DNA of 64,000 nucleotides from NCBI RefSeq assembly GCF_036971445.1, contig NC_091472.1:313906001-313970000 (forward strand), read 5' to 3'. Below are positions 1-12,210 of the stretch, piece after piece; positions within the stretch are counted from its first letter, which is position 1; each line of letters starts with the position of its first letter. A program made the translations under genes and the position numbers. The notes beneath the pieces are model-generated. The model was not told the DNA's origin, did not search any database, and saw only the letters and a list, made by a program, of their open reading frames with translations. Origin of the DNA: Narcine bancroftii (taxonomy: Eukaryota).

Positions 1-629
1 CTGCCACGCCCCCCTCAGATCGTCAGCACAGGTGAGTTGGGCAGAAGGTCTGTTTCCATGCTGCAGAACTCAATGTTCAGAGTCAAAGTTGAGATTTATT
101 GTCAGAGCACATACACAACATTACATACTGAGATTTTTTTCCTGCGGGTCAGGCAGAACTTCTACTTATCGGTGGTTGTGGCTGTCATGTGACAGCACTG
201 CCCCATACCTAGACAGAGGACACACCAGCTGCCAATCAAGGTTGGGTTCCACCCCACCCATTAGTGCACACCTTGCTGTTGGACCAATGTAAATTACCTG
301 GACTGGACACTACAGCCTGCCTGTACTTGACCTTCTTGTAATTGGATTAGACCGCCTGGCTCCCGTAAACTGTGTGTGTGTGTTGTATCTGTTACGATTT
401 TCCACACTTGCCTTCTCTAAGTAAAATCCTTCCCCATCAAAACTGTTTCAGTCCTTGACTTTGAGGCCTACCAAACCTGTTTCCTCACTCAACAGAAAGA
501 CAAGTATATAAAAGAGAGAAATGTAAATAAAGAAATAAATGTAAACAAACTGTGCAAACAGTATAAAATCAACCAATATTCACTAATAAATAATGTGCAA
601 AGTAAAAGTCCATAAATAAATCTCTGAAT

Positions 630-1050
630 GAGTCTGTTGTTGAGAAGTCAGATGGTGGAGGGGGAGAAGCTGTTCCTGAACCTGGTGGTGCGAGTCTTGT
701 GGCACCAAGACCTCTTTCCTGATGGCTGCAGCGAGAACAGAGCATGTGCTGGGTGGGGTGGATCTTTGATGATTGCTGCTGCTCTCCGACGGCAGCGTTC
801 CCTATAAATGTTCTCGATGGTGGGGAGGGTTTTGCCTGTGACGTCCTGGGCTGTGTCCACTACCTATTGTAGGGTTTTACACTCAGGGATCTTGGTGTTC
901 CCATACCAGACCACGATGCAGCCAGTCAGCACACTTTCCACCACACCTCTGTAGATATTTGCCAAGGTTTCCGATCATACCAAACCTTCATAAACTCCCG
1001 AGGAAGTAAAGGTGCTGACATGATTTCTTCATACTGACACTTTCATCTTG
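630..1050 (-). mobile_element. Rex/Babar-type LINE 3' fragment
   Basis: ORF 648-860 (IIKDPPHPAHALFSLQPSGKR...TTRFRNSF) is the typical C-terminus. Related copies lie at 38600-39050, 60070-60335 and 62140-62940. Confidence 0.7.
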
Positions 1051-1297
1051 GGTTCTGGGTTTCCTTGTGCAAGTTAACCTAAAGGAACATTTGCAAGTTG
1101 AGTTGGTGGCGATGAGGGCAAATGCAATATTGGAATTCATTTCAAGAGGAATAGAATACAATAGCAGGGATATGACGATGAAGCTTTGTAAGGCCTTGGT
1201 GAGACCTCACTTGGAGCAGTTTTGGGCTCCTCATTTAAGAAAGGATGTTAGAGAGGGTTCAGAGGAGGTTCACTAGGATGATTCCAGGGATGAAAGG

Positions 1298-3315
1298 TGA
1301 TGCACCATCAATTACTCGAGAGACTATTTTAGAGAAACCAATAGGCTGTGAGAATTCATTTGAGAACTTAGTATATCCTATCTGTTTGGTTGTCCTGCAC
1401 TGAGTAACAGGGGGCTGTGAAACAGCCACCTTTATGCAGGAGCCTGTGGGGATGGGCCACAGGTACAACCAGCCAATAGGCATGCTTATACATGAATATA
1501 CATGTCAGTGGTTTACCACATTCACCTTTATTTTTAAAAAAGAGTCCCACGGGGTGAAAGTGGAACTTACCAAGTTACAAATGTACAATTCAAAAGTCAT
1601 CAGTCAGCCTATCAGGTGGTCTGGGATCGCCATAGAACTGGTTGAGGCTACAAAGCAGCAGCAGAGACTTGGTCAGTCTCTGGCGCCTGTTCATACTCAT
1701 CAGTGTTGTGCTGATGTGTCAGCGCCATGCCTGGTGTATCCTCCCTCGAGGTGGAGGCAGGATTCTGGACGTTCATCGATGAGGAGAGTGTGGGGTGGTC
1801 AGCAGCAGTCTCCAGGGCCCCTGAGGGAGTCAAATCTCTGATGGAAATGGTGTCCTCGTGTCTGTCCAGATATGTCACATAGGCACATTGGGGTTGGCAT
1901 GGAGGAGGCGGACCTTTTTGACCAATGGGTCAGACTTGTGTTTCCTCACATGCCTCCAGAGCAGGACGGCCTCTCAGGACGTCAGCCACGTTGGTAATGT
2001 GGTCCCTGTGTGAAGGAAAACATACGTTCATGTGGTGTGGCGTTAGTGGCGGTACGCAGCAGGCACCTGATAGAGTGGAGGGCCTCTGAGAGAACCTCCT
2101 GCCAGCAGGGGACCAGAAGGACCTTGGACCGCAAGGCCAGGAGGTCTGCCTTCCAGCTGGTAGCATTCTCCCTCTCCACTTGCCCGTTACCCCAGGTGTG
2201 GTAACTGGGGGTCCTGCTTGTGGCAATGCCCGTGGTCAACAGGTACTGGTGCAACATCACTCATAAAGGAAGCTCACTTTAGCTATAACTAGGGAAGCCA
2301 TATAGAGTGAAGAGGCTGTGGGAGCCGTCATGTCCGAGCAAAGGATGGCAAATGGAAAACAGGACTATTCGTCGATGCCATTAAGAAAATACACATTGCG
2401 GTCAGTGGAGGGCAGGGGTCTGTTAAAATCGACACTGAGTCGCTCAAAGGGATAGGTGGCTTTAATTAATTATGCCCTGTCTGGCCAGTATAAGAACGGC
2501 TTGCACTCAGCGCACACCTGGCAGTTCTTTGTCATAGATCCGATCTTGTCAATTGAGTACAGCAGGTTGTGCGCTTTGACAAAATGAAAGAATCTGGTGA
2601 CTCCGGGGAGATAGAGATCATTACGGAAGTTTTGTAGTTGGTCAATCTGGGTGCTGCCACAGGGCACTTGATGGATCATTATGTTTCCCTGGCTGGTACA
2701 GGATGTCATAGTTGTAAGTGGATAATTCTATTGTCCACCACAGTATTTTATTGTTTTTGATTATACCCCACAACAGCCAGGTAATGGTACTAGTGCTGCA
2801 CAATGGCTTAGGCCTCCTTCTGGACCGAGGAGTGTCAAATCTCTGCGGCCTGCAGGGTGCATGAAAAAATGCGACGGACCTGCCAGCCTGATTGAGGGTG
2901 GCTGCCAGAGGGAAGTCTGATTCATCGCTTTCCACCTGAAAAAGGGTGAATTCGTCCACAGCATGCATCGTGGCCTTAATGTGGCTGAAGGCTGCACGAG
3001 CCTCCACCGCCGGGGGCAGGGGGGGGGGGGAGGACATAGATTTGATGAGGGGGCAGGCTTTGTTCATATAGTTGGGGACCCACTAAAAACAAGGGGTGAA
3101 TGTGGTAAACCACTGTCATGTATAATTATCTGGTCAAGTACACCTATTGGCCGGTTGTACCCATTGCCCCCTTCCCTCAGGCACCTGTGTGAAGGTGACT
3201 GTTCCACAGCCCCCTGCATCTCAGTGCAAGACAGCTGAACAGTAGGGATATGGTAAGTCCTCAAGTGAATAAAATTGATGCACCATTAATCACTCGAGAG
3301 ACTAGGCTTGAGAAC
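1298..3315 (-). mobile_element. Decayed Gypsy LTR retrotransposon (RNase H/integrase relics plus LTR pieces)
   Basis: Fragments read FQVESDESDFPLAATLNQAGRSVAFF, GVTRFFHFVK...CQVCAECKP and GNGQVERENAT...LHSIRCLLRTATNATPHERMF. LTR-like tgatgcacc...tttaccaca at 1298-1520 has an adjacent purine tract on the minus strand. Confidence 0.75.
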
Positions 3316-5161
3316 ATGCATGGAATTCTTTAACAGAGTTAAAGGAAACTATCCTTACTGAACAGTTGAAGTTTTGATTTAAAAACCTGGAGCATTGGCT
3401 TTAACCAGCGTGGAGTAAAATTGACTGAACTGAGCCATTTGAAGCATGCTGTGGAAATTCTACACATTTTCTAATGGTGTTCTTCTTTTAAATCCATGTG
3501 CACAATTTATTCTTATTATGTCAAATGTGCAGTTTATGGATGGAAGTGGATTGAACAGAATTTCCACCATACTTGGTTATAAACCAGAAACTGGGGAGAA
3601 AAAAACCCCGATTTTAATTTTGCCAGAGTGCAGTTTAAATAACTGCCAAGGATTTGACGTCTGGTATAAATCTAAACTTCCAATTATGTCTGTAAATTTG
3701 TTTTTGGCATTGCATTATTTATAGATGACATGGCAACTATCTTCCATGATAACATGCTCATGGTGATTTGAAGGCCAGAGATAAATTATAACACCAGAAA
3801 CACAATAACCGTCTGGATTTTTGCTGTTGTCTGGTTCGTAAAATGAGATGCATTCGACTTGATTTCACCCCCCACACAAAACACAAGAGGCCATTCAGCC
3901 TATCATCCCTGAGCTGGCTGAGTTCTCCAATTTAGACCCCAATTTTTTGGGGGGTGATGGCTTAAATCATGTCCAACTTGTCAGAAGAAAAATAAAATCC
4001 AAATTTATCTTAGAAATATAAGACCATAGGATATAGGAGCAGAAGTAGGCCATTCGGCCAATTGAACCGGCTCTGCCATTCCATCATGAGCTGATCCATC
4101 CTCCCACTCCCCTGCCTTCTCCACATAACCTTTGGTACCCTGACTATACAGACAACTCTCAATCTTTGCTTTAAATGCACCCAACGGCCTGGTCTCCAGG
4201 GCTGCCCGTGGTTATAAATTCAGAGGTTCACCATCATATTTAGGAGGAGAAGCAGGCCATTTGGCCCATCAGGTCCGCTCCACTAGTCCATCATTCTCCC
4301 ACCCAGCCCCATTCCAGGTTAATATGAATGCATGGGGATGGAGAAATCCAGAGACAGAATTGATAAATAAAAGTTTATACAGAATGACAAGAGATGGTAT
4401 GCAGACGCAGAAGGTTTCAATAGCAATCATATTCCTAATATTCTGTAGAATGTTTCTCCACCCTTGCCATGCGGTTCTATCCTTCTCTTTTTGTTGGCAG
4501 CTGATTGGGCAATCAACATTGCAAGAAAGGCAGATGAGCTTAGAGCATGGATTGCCACATGGAATTATGACATTGTGGCCATAAGTGAAACCTGGTTGTA
4601 GGAGGGACAGGACTGGCAGCTCAATGTTCTGGGCTTCCGTTGCTTTAGACATGATAGTGTGGCGGCCCACAATTGCAGAGATCGGGCCGGCACATCACGC
4701 AGCAGCAGACGCTGACAGAGATCGCTAAAGCGACTCCCAGAACAATGAACTGGCGGGGGTAGAAGCTGGGGCAACATCAGACCAACACCCCTAAAATGGC
4801 GTTGGTCAAGCTGCCCAGCTAACTCAGCAGAAACAGGCTGGGGAAGAAGGGCATTCGTATGCATGGATGTTCCTGCCCGTTATTGTTATTCATACGGATT
4901 GTACTGACAATAACCTCACCAGCAGTAGGAGTATAAGACAGCTGTAATAAACTAATATGTACACTACGAGGTCTTGTCTCTACAAGACAAACCTGGAAGG
5001 CTAGACTGTAGCTCTGGACTGCTTTATAGACAAGGTCACCGGGATGACCCCTGGTGGCCTAGTGGTGGAATTACATCTCACCACATGGATGACTCAGTCA
5101 ATCAGCAAAAACGGTGGTGGGGGGAGACAACTTGAACAGTACAGAAGCAGCCTTTCCAGCC

Positions 5162-6767
5162 CTAATAAATGAGTAAGCTTAACCTGCCACACTGTGTGTT
5201 TCTTTGTAGCGGTCGGCTACAATTCCATGTTTTCACCAAACTCCTAAATGTTTGTCTATAAGCTTCCAGAACCAACTCATAAGCTTTCAGTACTGCTTGT
5301 TCAACAGTATCATAATCTGCCACTTGCTCTGCAATCAAGCTACAGGATGCAATTTGTGCTTTTCCCTTCAATCCACTTTGAAGCAATAAAGGCCATTTTT
5401 CTTTTGGCCATCTTGAGCTCTCAGCAACCTTTTCAAACAGCTGAAAATATGGATCTATATCTCCCTCATCAAAAGGAGGCACTAAATTTACCTCTCCCCA
5501 GGAGTTACAGCCTCAGCTCTCTTACCTTTCCCTTACTCCATTCTTAACTTCTCTAATAGAAACTGTCTGTCCTTTCAGCTTCTTCTGCCTCAATAATGTT
5601 GTTTGTGCAACTCAAAATTACATTTCTCTCTTTCATCTTGCGCTCTCAATTTCTCCAATTCCAATTGCAATTCAAATTTTCTCTGGAAAATTTTCTAAAT
5701 CTTCCTCAACAAATTTTCCTTCACATATAATATTTCACTATAATCCTCTATATTTCTACTTTTCTCACCCAATGCTTAACTTTAGTAATTTTCAGTGCCT
5801 TGCAAATAGGCATCAGTTCCTCTTTTCTCATGTTCTACAGGTGATGGTTATAACAAAAATTTATCAATATCCATTGCTGCTGTTTTTCCAGGGACCAGCT
5901 TTAAGTTCGCTTGCAAAAATTCCAGACACAATAGCTTGCAAAAAAACCCAATCAACTAATAAATCATCAAATTGCAATGTTCAAATCCTAAATAACGAGT
6001 CCCCATAAAATGTTATAGAGTCCAGAGGACCCCAAAAACCAGCAGTAATAGATATGCACCACAACACAGGGTGACTTAAACAAAAGTCGTTCTTAATTAT
6101 ATTTGAACAAGAAAACAGAATTAAACTTTAACTTATTACTTAACCTACCTAACCCACTTAATCCCCCCATCTAATACTAAGCGCAGGTGTGTGTAATGTA
6201 TATTTAAGATTGGAAAAGTTCTTTGGATCTCAGTCCAATCTCACGGGTTGCAGGCAATTCTTGTACTGTGCACAGAAATTCGCATTAACAAAGTTCACCC
6301 GTCTTGGGTGCTTAACAGGCAAATGGTTACCACTCAGAAGGGTTCTTGCTGGTTTTCCGAGAGAGATTTATTTTCCAGGACATCCACAACTGATTCCTTC
6401 TCAATCAGTCTTACTGATGAAACTTGCCCCCTTCAGGGTTCTCCAGATGATCCTCTTTCTTTCAGGTCACCTTTCAGACCGCCAGTCATCTCCTTTGACC
6501 AGGCAGCCTTCCAAAGTTTGCCAGCTTGTCCCTCTGGAACTGATTTCTGTGACTCTTTCTCTCTCACTCCCTCCCTCTCTGAGAGCAAAGCTGTTCTGCC
6601 CCCGTTTGAAAAGATCACATGCTCTCCCAGGCAAGCTGCTGTCGATACTTTACTGCTCCTCTGAAAAAAGCATTCTTTAAAAGTCCTGCAAAAATTCTGT
6701 TTTAAAATGTGTATGAGCAAGCTGCTCAAGCAATTCCTCCCAAGCCACCTCTAAATACTCTGTCACA
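5162..6767 (-). mobile_element. Gypsy-type element: LTR (6011-6767), PBS and gag fragment
   Basis: LTR is bounded by TGT...ACA. Minus-strand TGGGGACTCGT next to it (5995-6005) resembles a tRNA-Pro PBS. The gag-like peptide reads PPFDEGDIDPYFQLFEKVAESSRWPKEKWPLLLQSGLKGKAQ. Confidence 0.7.
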
Positions 6768-6769
6768 GT

Positions 6770-7160
6770 ACCATTCGTCCATAATCTTTGAGCAGTGAAG
6801 TTGAGTTCTTTACTAATACTTGGGGTTTTTGACATATAACTTCAAGCCCACATCACCCAAAATCTAATGGCCTAACAGAGAGCTCTGTCAAGGTGGTGAA
6901 GAGCCTCATGAAGAAAGCACGTGATGGAAGAGAGGATTTCCACACAAATTTAATGATTCACAGAAAGGCGTCATTACAGAATGGCCTTTCTCCTGCCCAA
7001 ATGCTGATGGCTCAATGCATATGGACCAACCTTCCAATGCATGAAAATCTGTTGACGCCCAAAGGAGCAACACAAGGTCAAACAGGCTAAAGTGGAAGAG
7101 AAAGTAAAACAGAAACAGTCTCATGATAAGGCTGCAAAAAACCGACCAGTCCTGAAGCCT
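6770..7160 (+). mobile_element. Gypsy integrase relic
   Basis: Degenerate TSSPHHPKSNGLTESSVKVVKSLMKKA...NGLSPAQMLM integrase core end. Confidence 0.6.
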
Positions 7161-7889
7161 GGAGTTCCAGTGTGAATCTGAGATCACAATTCTGAGCACA
7201 TGGTTAATGAAAGGATATGTTCAGGAGGAAATAGATTCACATTCTACCCCATCCAGAGAGGGAGGGACACCTCAGAGAAGGAGCCTCGTACATCTACAAT
7301 CCCAAGCTCCAACCCAATGGTCGTGACCCGTCACTATCAGTGCAGGAAAGGGGCCAGCACCGGCAGAAAGGAACATGTTGTTCAAAGTTGACAGAAAGAA
7401 ACAAATACTAATGCAGCAAATGCGAGTAATCCACCTGTGGAAACACATACGCGACCAAAAAGCCCCCTCATAGACTGATTGAAAACTGCTGAGTGGAAAG
7501 AGACTGGCCACGGAACATAGATGCACTTGTTCTCTGTCGGCATAGTATTGTTTTTGTGTTCTTAAGATATGTGTTTCGAATAGAGAACTGCATTTCCCAG
7601 TAGGTAATGGGAGTGGTAGGGCGCGAGAAGAAAATGGGTAAGTGCCCTTCCTGCCCCTTAATTCGTCCTCTATGGGGGGGGGGGGGGTGTAGTGCCTACA
7701 CTCCGCAGATGGAGGACAAATTAAAGTCCAGCTTGCAGTGGGGCTCAAAAGCAGGCCTGTCCGGCCTAAAACGTGACGCCCGGCCACCCGAGGGCAAGCG
7801 GCTCAAGCGATAGAATTGTTTTAAGTGTTAAAACCATGCAAGGTTGTTGTTCTTCGAGGAACAAAACATATGGGGAAAGTCAACGGGCC

Positions 7890-8700
7890 CATCAGGGGCG
7901 CGCGAGGCAGGGCTGAAGAAGGAGCTGGGGCCCTGAGGCAGAGGAAGGGTTGGGTGGGGGGGGGTTGGCTTGTGTAGGCCTCTGGCCGTTTTGGTCAAGG
8001 CGCCTGGCCAACCCGAGGCTGGCGCGCCTGCGCACTGCGGCTCCGGCGCCATGGCGGGCCGAGCGCGTGACGGCGAGCGGGGGCGGTGCGCACGCGCGGG
8101 GCGGCGAGCCTGGGGCGGTGCGCATGCGCGGGGCGGCGAGCCTGGGGCGGGGCGGGGCGCATGCGCGGGGCGGCTTCCTGCGCATTGAATTGGTGAAACG
8201 CCCAGCTCGAAGACGGGAAAATGGTCTGGCTTATTTCTTTCATTGCGCGATTACGGTTTTAAATGGTGGAGGCGGTCAATCTCGAGTCAGTGGGTCGCGG
8301 TTTTTACTTCGAACGTGGGGGCGCTGCTTTCCAGAAAACGGGTTGGTTTCCCGCGCTCGTCACGGGGGGGGGGGGGGGGGGAGGGGTTTGGCCGCAAAGA
8401 ATCGGGCCGGTTCCTCTCTCTCCCTGGTGCAGATTTTTTAAAACTGTCGGAAATCATGGTTGCGGGAGGAATTTCTCCCCCCCCCCCTGTACTTTACTGC
8501 TTTAATCGTGTACGGTCAGGATGGCGGCGCATCCACGGAGGGCGGGCGACCGCCTCAGCGCATGCGCACTGCGGACCCGGCTGGGCCGCCGCGGTCGGAG
8601 TGGTTCTGCGCATGCGGAAAGCGCTGACCTTGTGCCAGGTGGATGCGCATGCGCGGGCGTTCATGTGTGGCCTTCTCAGAGAAGGAAAATGGCGGGGGCA
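7890..8700 (+). promoter_or_regulatory. CpG-island promoter of alpha-tubulin A
   Basis: Dense CpG, repeated NRF1-type GCGCATGCGC motifs (about 8120, 8158, 8558, 8645) and several GGGCGG boxes. Confidence 0.75.
8221..8223 (+). CDS. TUBA: Alpha-tubulin A exon 1 (initiator ATG only, predicted)
   Basis: GAAA-ATG|GTCTGG lies just downstream of the NRF1/GC boxes. Vertebrate TUBA exon 1 encodes only Met, and the context parallels gene B's ATG|GTATGG. The donor is weak. Confidence 0.5.
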
Positions 8701-8831
8701 ACTCAGTATGTTAAACTGTATCCATGGCATGCAATAGATAGCCAACTTTTTGGGCTTAAACCCTTCATCAGGAATAAGACTCCAAGGGTCATATTCATTA
8801 AACTATTTATTGTATATATGGATACTTTGTC

Positions 8832-9396
8832 TTGCAGGGGTGGGGGGGGCTGCAGGGGTGGGGGGGCTGCAGGGGTGGGGGGGCTGCAGGGGTGGGGGGG
8901 CTGCAGGGGTGGGGGGGCTGCAGGGGTGGGGGGGCTGCAGGGGTGGGGGGGCTGCAGGGGTGGGGGGGTTGCAGGGGTGGGGGGGCTGCAGGGGTGGGGG
9001 GGCTGCAGGGGTGGGGGGGCTGCAGGGGTGGGGGGGCTGCAGGGGTGGGGGGGCTGCAGGGGTGGGGGGGCTGCAGGGGTGGGGGGGCTGCAGGGGTGGG
9101 GGGGCTGCAGGGGTGGGGGGGCTGCAGGGGTGGGGGGGCTGCAGGGGTGGGGGGGCTGCAGGGGTGGGGGGGCTGCAGGGGTGGGGGGGCTGCAGGGGTG
9201 GGGGGGCTGCAGGGGTGGGGGGGCTGCAGGGGTGGGGGGGCTGCAGGGGTGGGGGGGCTGCAGGGGTGGGGGGGCTGCAGGGGTGGGGGGGCTGCAGGGG
9301 TGGGGGGGCTGCAGGGGTGGGGGGGCTGCAGGGGTGGGGGGGCTGCAGGGGTGGGGGGGCTGCAGGGGTGGGGGGGCTGCAGGGGTGGGGGGGGGC
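8832..9396 (+). repeat. 17-bp G-rich minisatellite (CTGCAGGGGTGGGGGGG), about 33 copies
   Basis: Directly visible, nearly homogeneous array with one internal TTGCAG variant near 8969. Confidence 0.97.
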
Positions 9397-10219
9397 TATG
9401 TGTGTGTGTCTGCACTGGGGACCAGAGAATGCAGTTTTTGGGTTGTACTTCTGCAATTGGATGATGATAAACTTGACCAAAATAATGTGGATGCCTGATG
9501 AGGGCAGGTACACGGGCGTGGTGTAATGAGAAAGGCCGTTTTGCAAATAGCTCATTCCAAAATACAGCAGCTTTTTTTTAAAAAAAAAACACTTGCAGAA
9601 TTACCAAAAGAGATTAGAGCGCACAAAGGCAATTTTATTTTGCCAGTCTGAGATTTATTTGGGAGTCTGGAAACAGTGAGAAAGAAATCATCCCTGAGTC
9701 TGGTGATGTGTCAGTGCTGGCTCATATCCACACAAGGAAGCTGAGTAGGAGAATTCAAAAATCTGCAGTGAAATTGAATTCTTTAGTTTTTATGGGAAGT
9801 ACGTTTGGATGAGTGGGGATGCAGGGCCATGGGAGAGAACTCAAAAAGCCCGCAGTTGAGGTGAACATGGAGCATTTTGGATAATGGCAGCGCAGCAGGG
9901 GCTGCAGCAGCTTCTTCAGACTTTTTAAAATCTAAGACTATAAAAATGTAACTTGTCTCTGCTGTGACCACCGTCTAGTTTTCATCTTTTACTGTATTGT
10001 TTTGCACTTTTTAAATTCACTGTAGCTCTGTGTAGGTGTGTTTCTGTCTCAGGTTTTTGTTTTGTCTGGTGTAGGAGTGGCATAGTCTTATGTTGTCTGT
10101 TATTTTTTTAATCTTGTGATGTGTAGGTAGCATTATGGTTTGGAGGAATGTTATCTCATTTTTTTACTGTGTACTATTTTCCATTCTGGCTTTAAATTAC
10201 AATAAAGCATATTAAGTAT

Positions 10220-12210
10220 AGGCTCTTTGTCCCATGTTGTCCCAAAAATACTAAACCCTCCCGACCTCTATTTTTCTTTAGTCTTTATGCCTGTCTTTTT
10301 ATTGGCCTGATTGTTCAAGCTTCCACCACTAACCCTAGCAATGCATTCCAGGCACCTCCAATTTTTTTTAAAGTAAACAATTTATTCCTGAGGTCTACAC
10401 TAAACTTTCCTCCCTTCACTTAGTACAGATGTCCTCTGGTGTTTGTTTCTCACATTCTGAGAAAAATGTGCTGGCTGTCCACCCTATCTATACTTGTCAT
10501 AATCTTGTAGACCACTATTAAGTCACCTCGTCCTTGGCTTCAAAAAGTCCTCACTCTGCTAACCTTGCCTGGATTGGAAAATATATCTTGGTAAACCTCC
10601 TCTGCACTCTCTCCATAGCCTCCATATCGTCCTGTAATTAATTGAACACGATATTCCAAGTGTGCTCAACCAGAGATTTGGAGAGCTGCAACATTACCTC
10701 ACAGCACCTGAAGTAAATCCCCCCCATTAATGAAGCCCAGCATACCATAGGCCTTGATTGCGCAACCACTGGCCAAACTATCCTGGCAACATTGAGAGAT
10801 CTATAGATTTGGACCCCAAGGGCCCTCTGTTCTTCCACACTGTTAACTATCCTACCATTAACCATGTACTCTACCTTCAAGTTCGTATCACCTCACACTT
10901 ATCCAGAATGACCTCCTTCTGCTACTTTTCCATCCAACTCTACATCCTGTCTTTATCCATTTGTAACTTAAGACAACCAATACTATCCACAACACCTCCA
11001 ATCTTTGTGTCCTTGTCAACCCTACTGACCCATCCTTTGTTCAGGTCACTTACAATGAGCAGGGTTCCCAGAACAGATCTCTGCAGAACTCCACTGGTCA
11101 CTCCTCCAGGCAAAATACTTCCTGTCCACTACTACTCTCTGCTTTCTACAGGCAAGCCAATTCTGAAACCACACAACTAATGTTCCATGGATTCCAAGCC
11201 TCATGACTTTCTGAATGAGTCTCCCATGGGGCGGGGTCTTGTCAGATGCCTTACTAAAATCCATGCACTCCACCCTCCCTTCATCAATTTCTTATTCCAC
11301 CTCAAAACCTTTAAGTTAGGAACAACCTTTCCCTCAAAGCCATTGCTAACTATCCCTGAGAAGTCTACTACCTCAAATGCTCGTAAATCCTGTCCTTCAG
11401 AATTCTCCAATAGTTTGCTCACCACTGATGGAAGACTCACCAATCTATCATTCCCAGGATTCTCCTTATTATCTTTTTAAACAAGGATAGGCTTTCTCCA
11501 ATTTCCACCTCTTTATGGTCACGGAGGATGCAAAGATCATTGACAATGCCATAACAATCTGCGATATCTCGTCCAGTCCTGCGTTTTTAACAAGATCCAG
11601 CACTTCCTCTTTCTTGATCTCGACATGGTCCAGCACACAGCTTGTTCTATTTGACATTACCATGACCAAGGTCCTTTTTGAATACTGAAGTAAAGTGTTC
11701 TTTTAGGACCTCCCCAACTTCCTCTGCCTCCAGGCACATGTTACCTCCTTAATCCTACTTGCCAAGGCCTTCTCATGCCCCCTTCAGCCTCTCCTAAATC
11801 CTTTCTGGCTGATAATCCTCACAGGCCTTTCATGTTTTTGGTCCCTAAGTTTAATGTCTGCTTCCTTCTTCCTCTAATGAGCTGCCGCACCTCTTTTGTC
11901 TGCCATGGTTCTCTTTTCCTCCCATCTTTTTCCTGTCTCAGTAGGACAAATCTATGCAGAACTCTGTGCAACTAGTCTCAAAACATTCTCCACATTCATT
12001 TGCTGCTTTCTTTGAATATCTGTTCACAATTTATGCTCCCATGTTCCTTCTTCATCCCTTCATAATTAGCCCTTCCCCAATTAAGCCACCCCCATTTTGT
12101 CTGCTGCCTTTATCCTTGTCCATAGCTATGCTAAAGTTCAGGGAGTGGTCACTATCACCAAAATGCTCCCTCACTGAGTTGTCTGTCACCTGACCCCGGT
12201 TCATTATCCA
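10220..12210 (-). mobile_element. Degenerate CR1 LINE
   Basis: Fragments MDFSKASDK, HTWNIVFN and VSLPSVVSKLLE match the CR1 RT at 33.4-35 kb. Confidence 0.75.

Noticed and set aside
7828-8052. Divergent minus-strand gene starting MAPEPQ
   Set aside because: No recognisable domain or convincing donor. GC-rich islands produce such ORFs by chance.
8456-8711. Alternative exon-1 candidates ATG|GTTGCG (8456) and ATGGCGGGGGCAACTCA|GTATGT (about 8689)
   Set aside because: The first has a poor donor and the second would be out of frame with exon 2. Neither is fully excluded without cDNA.
8521-9555. Long Gly- or Pro-rich ORFs (202-325 aa) on both strands
   Set aside because: They are artefacts of the stop-free 17-bp minisatellite.
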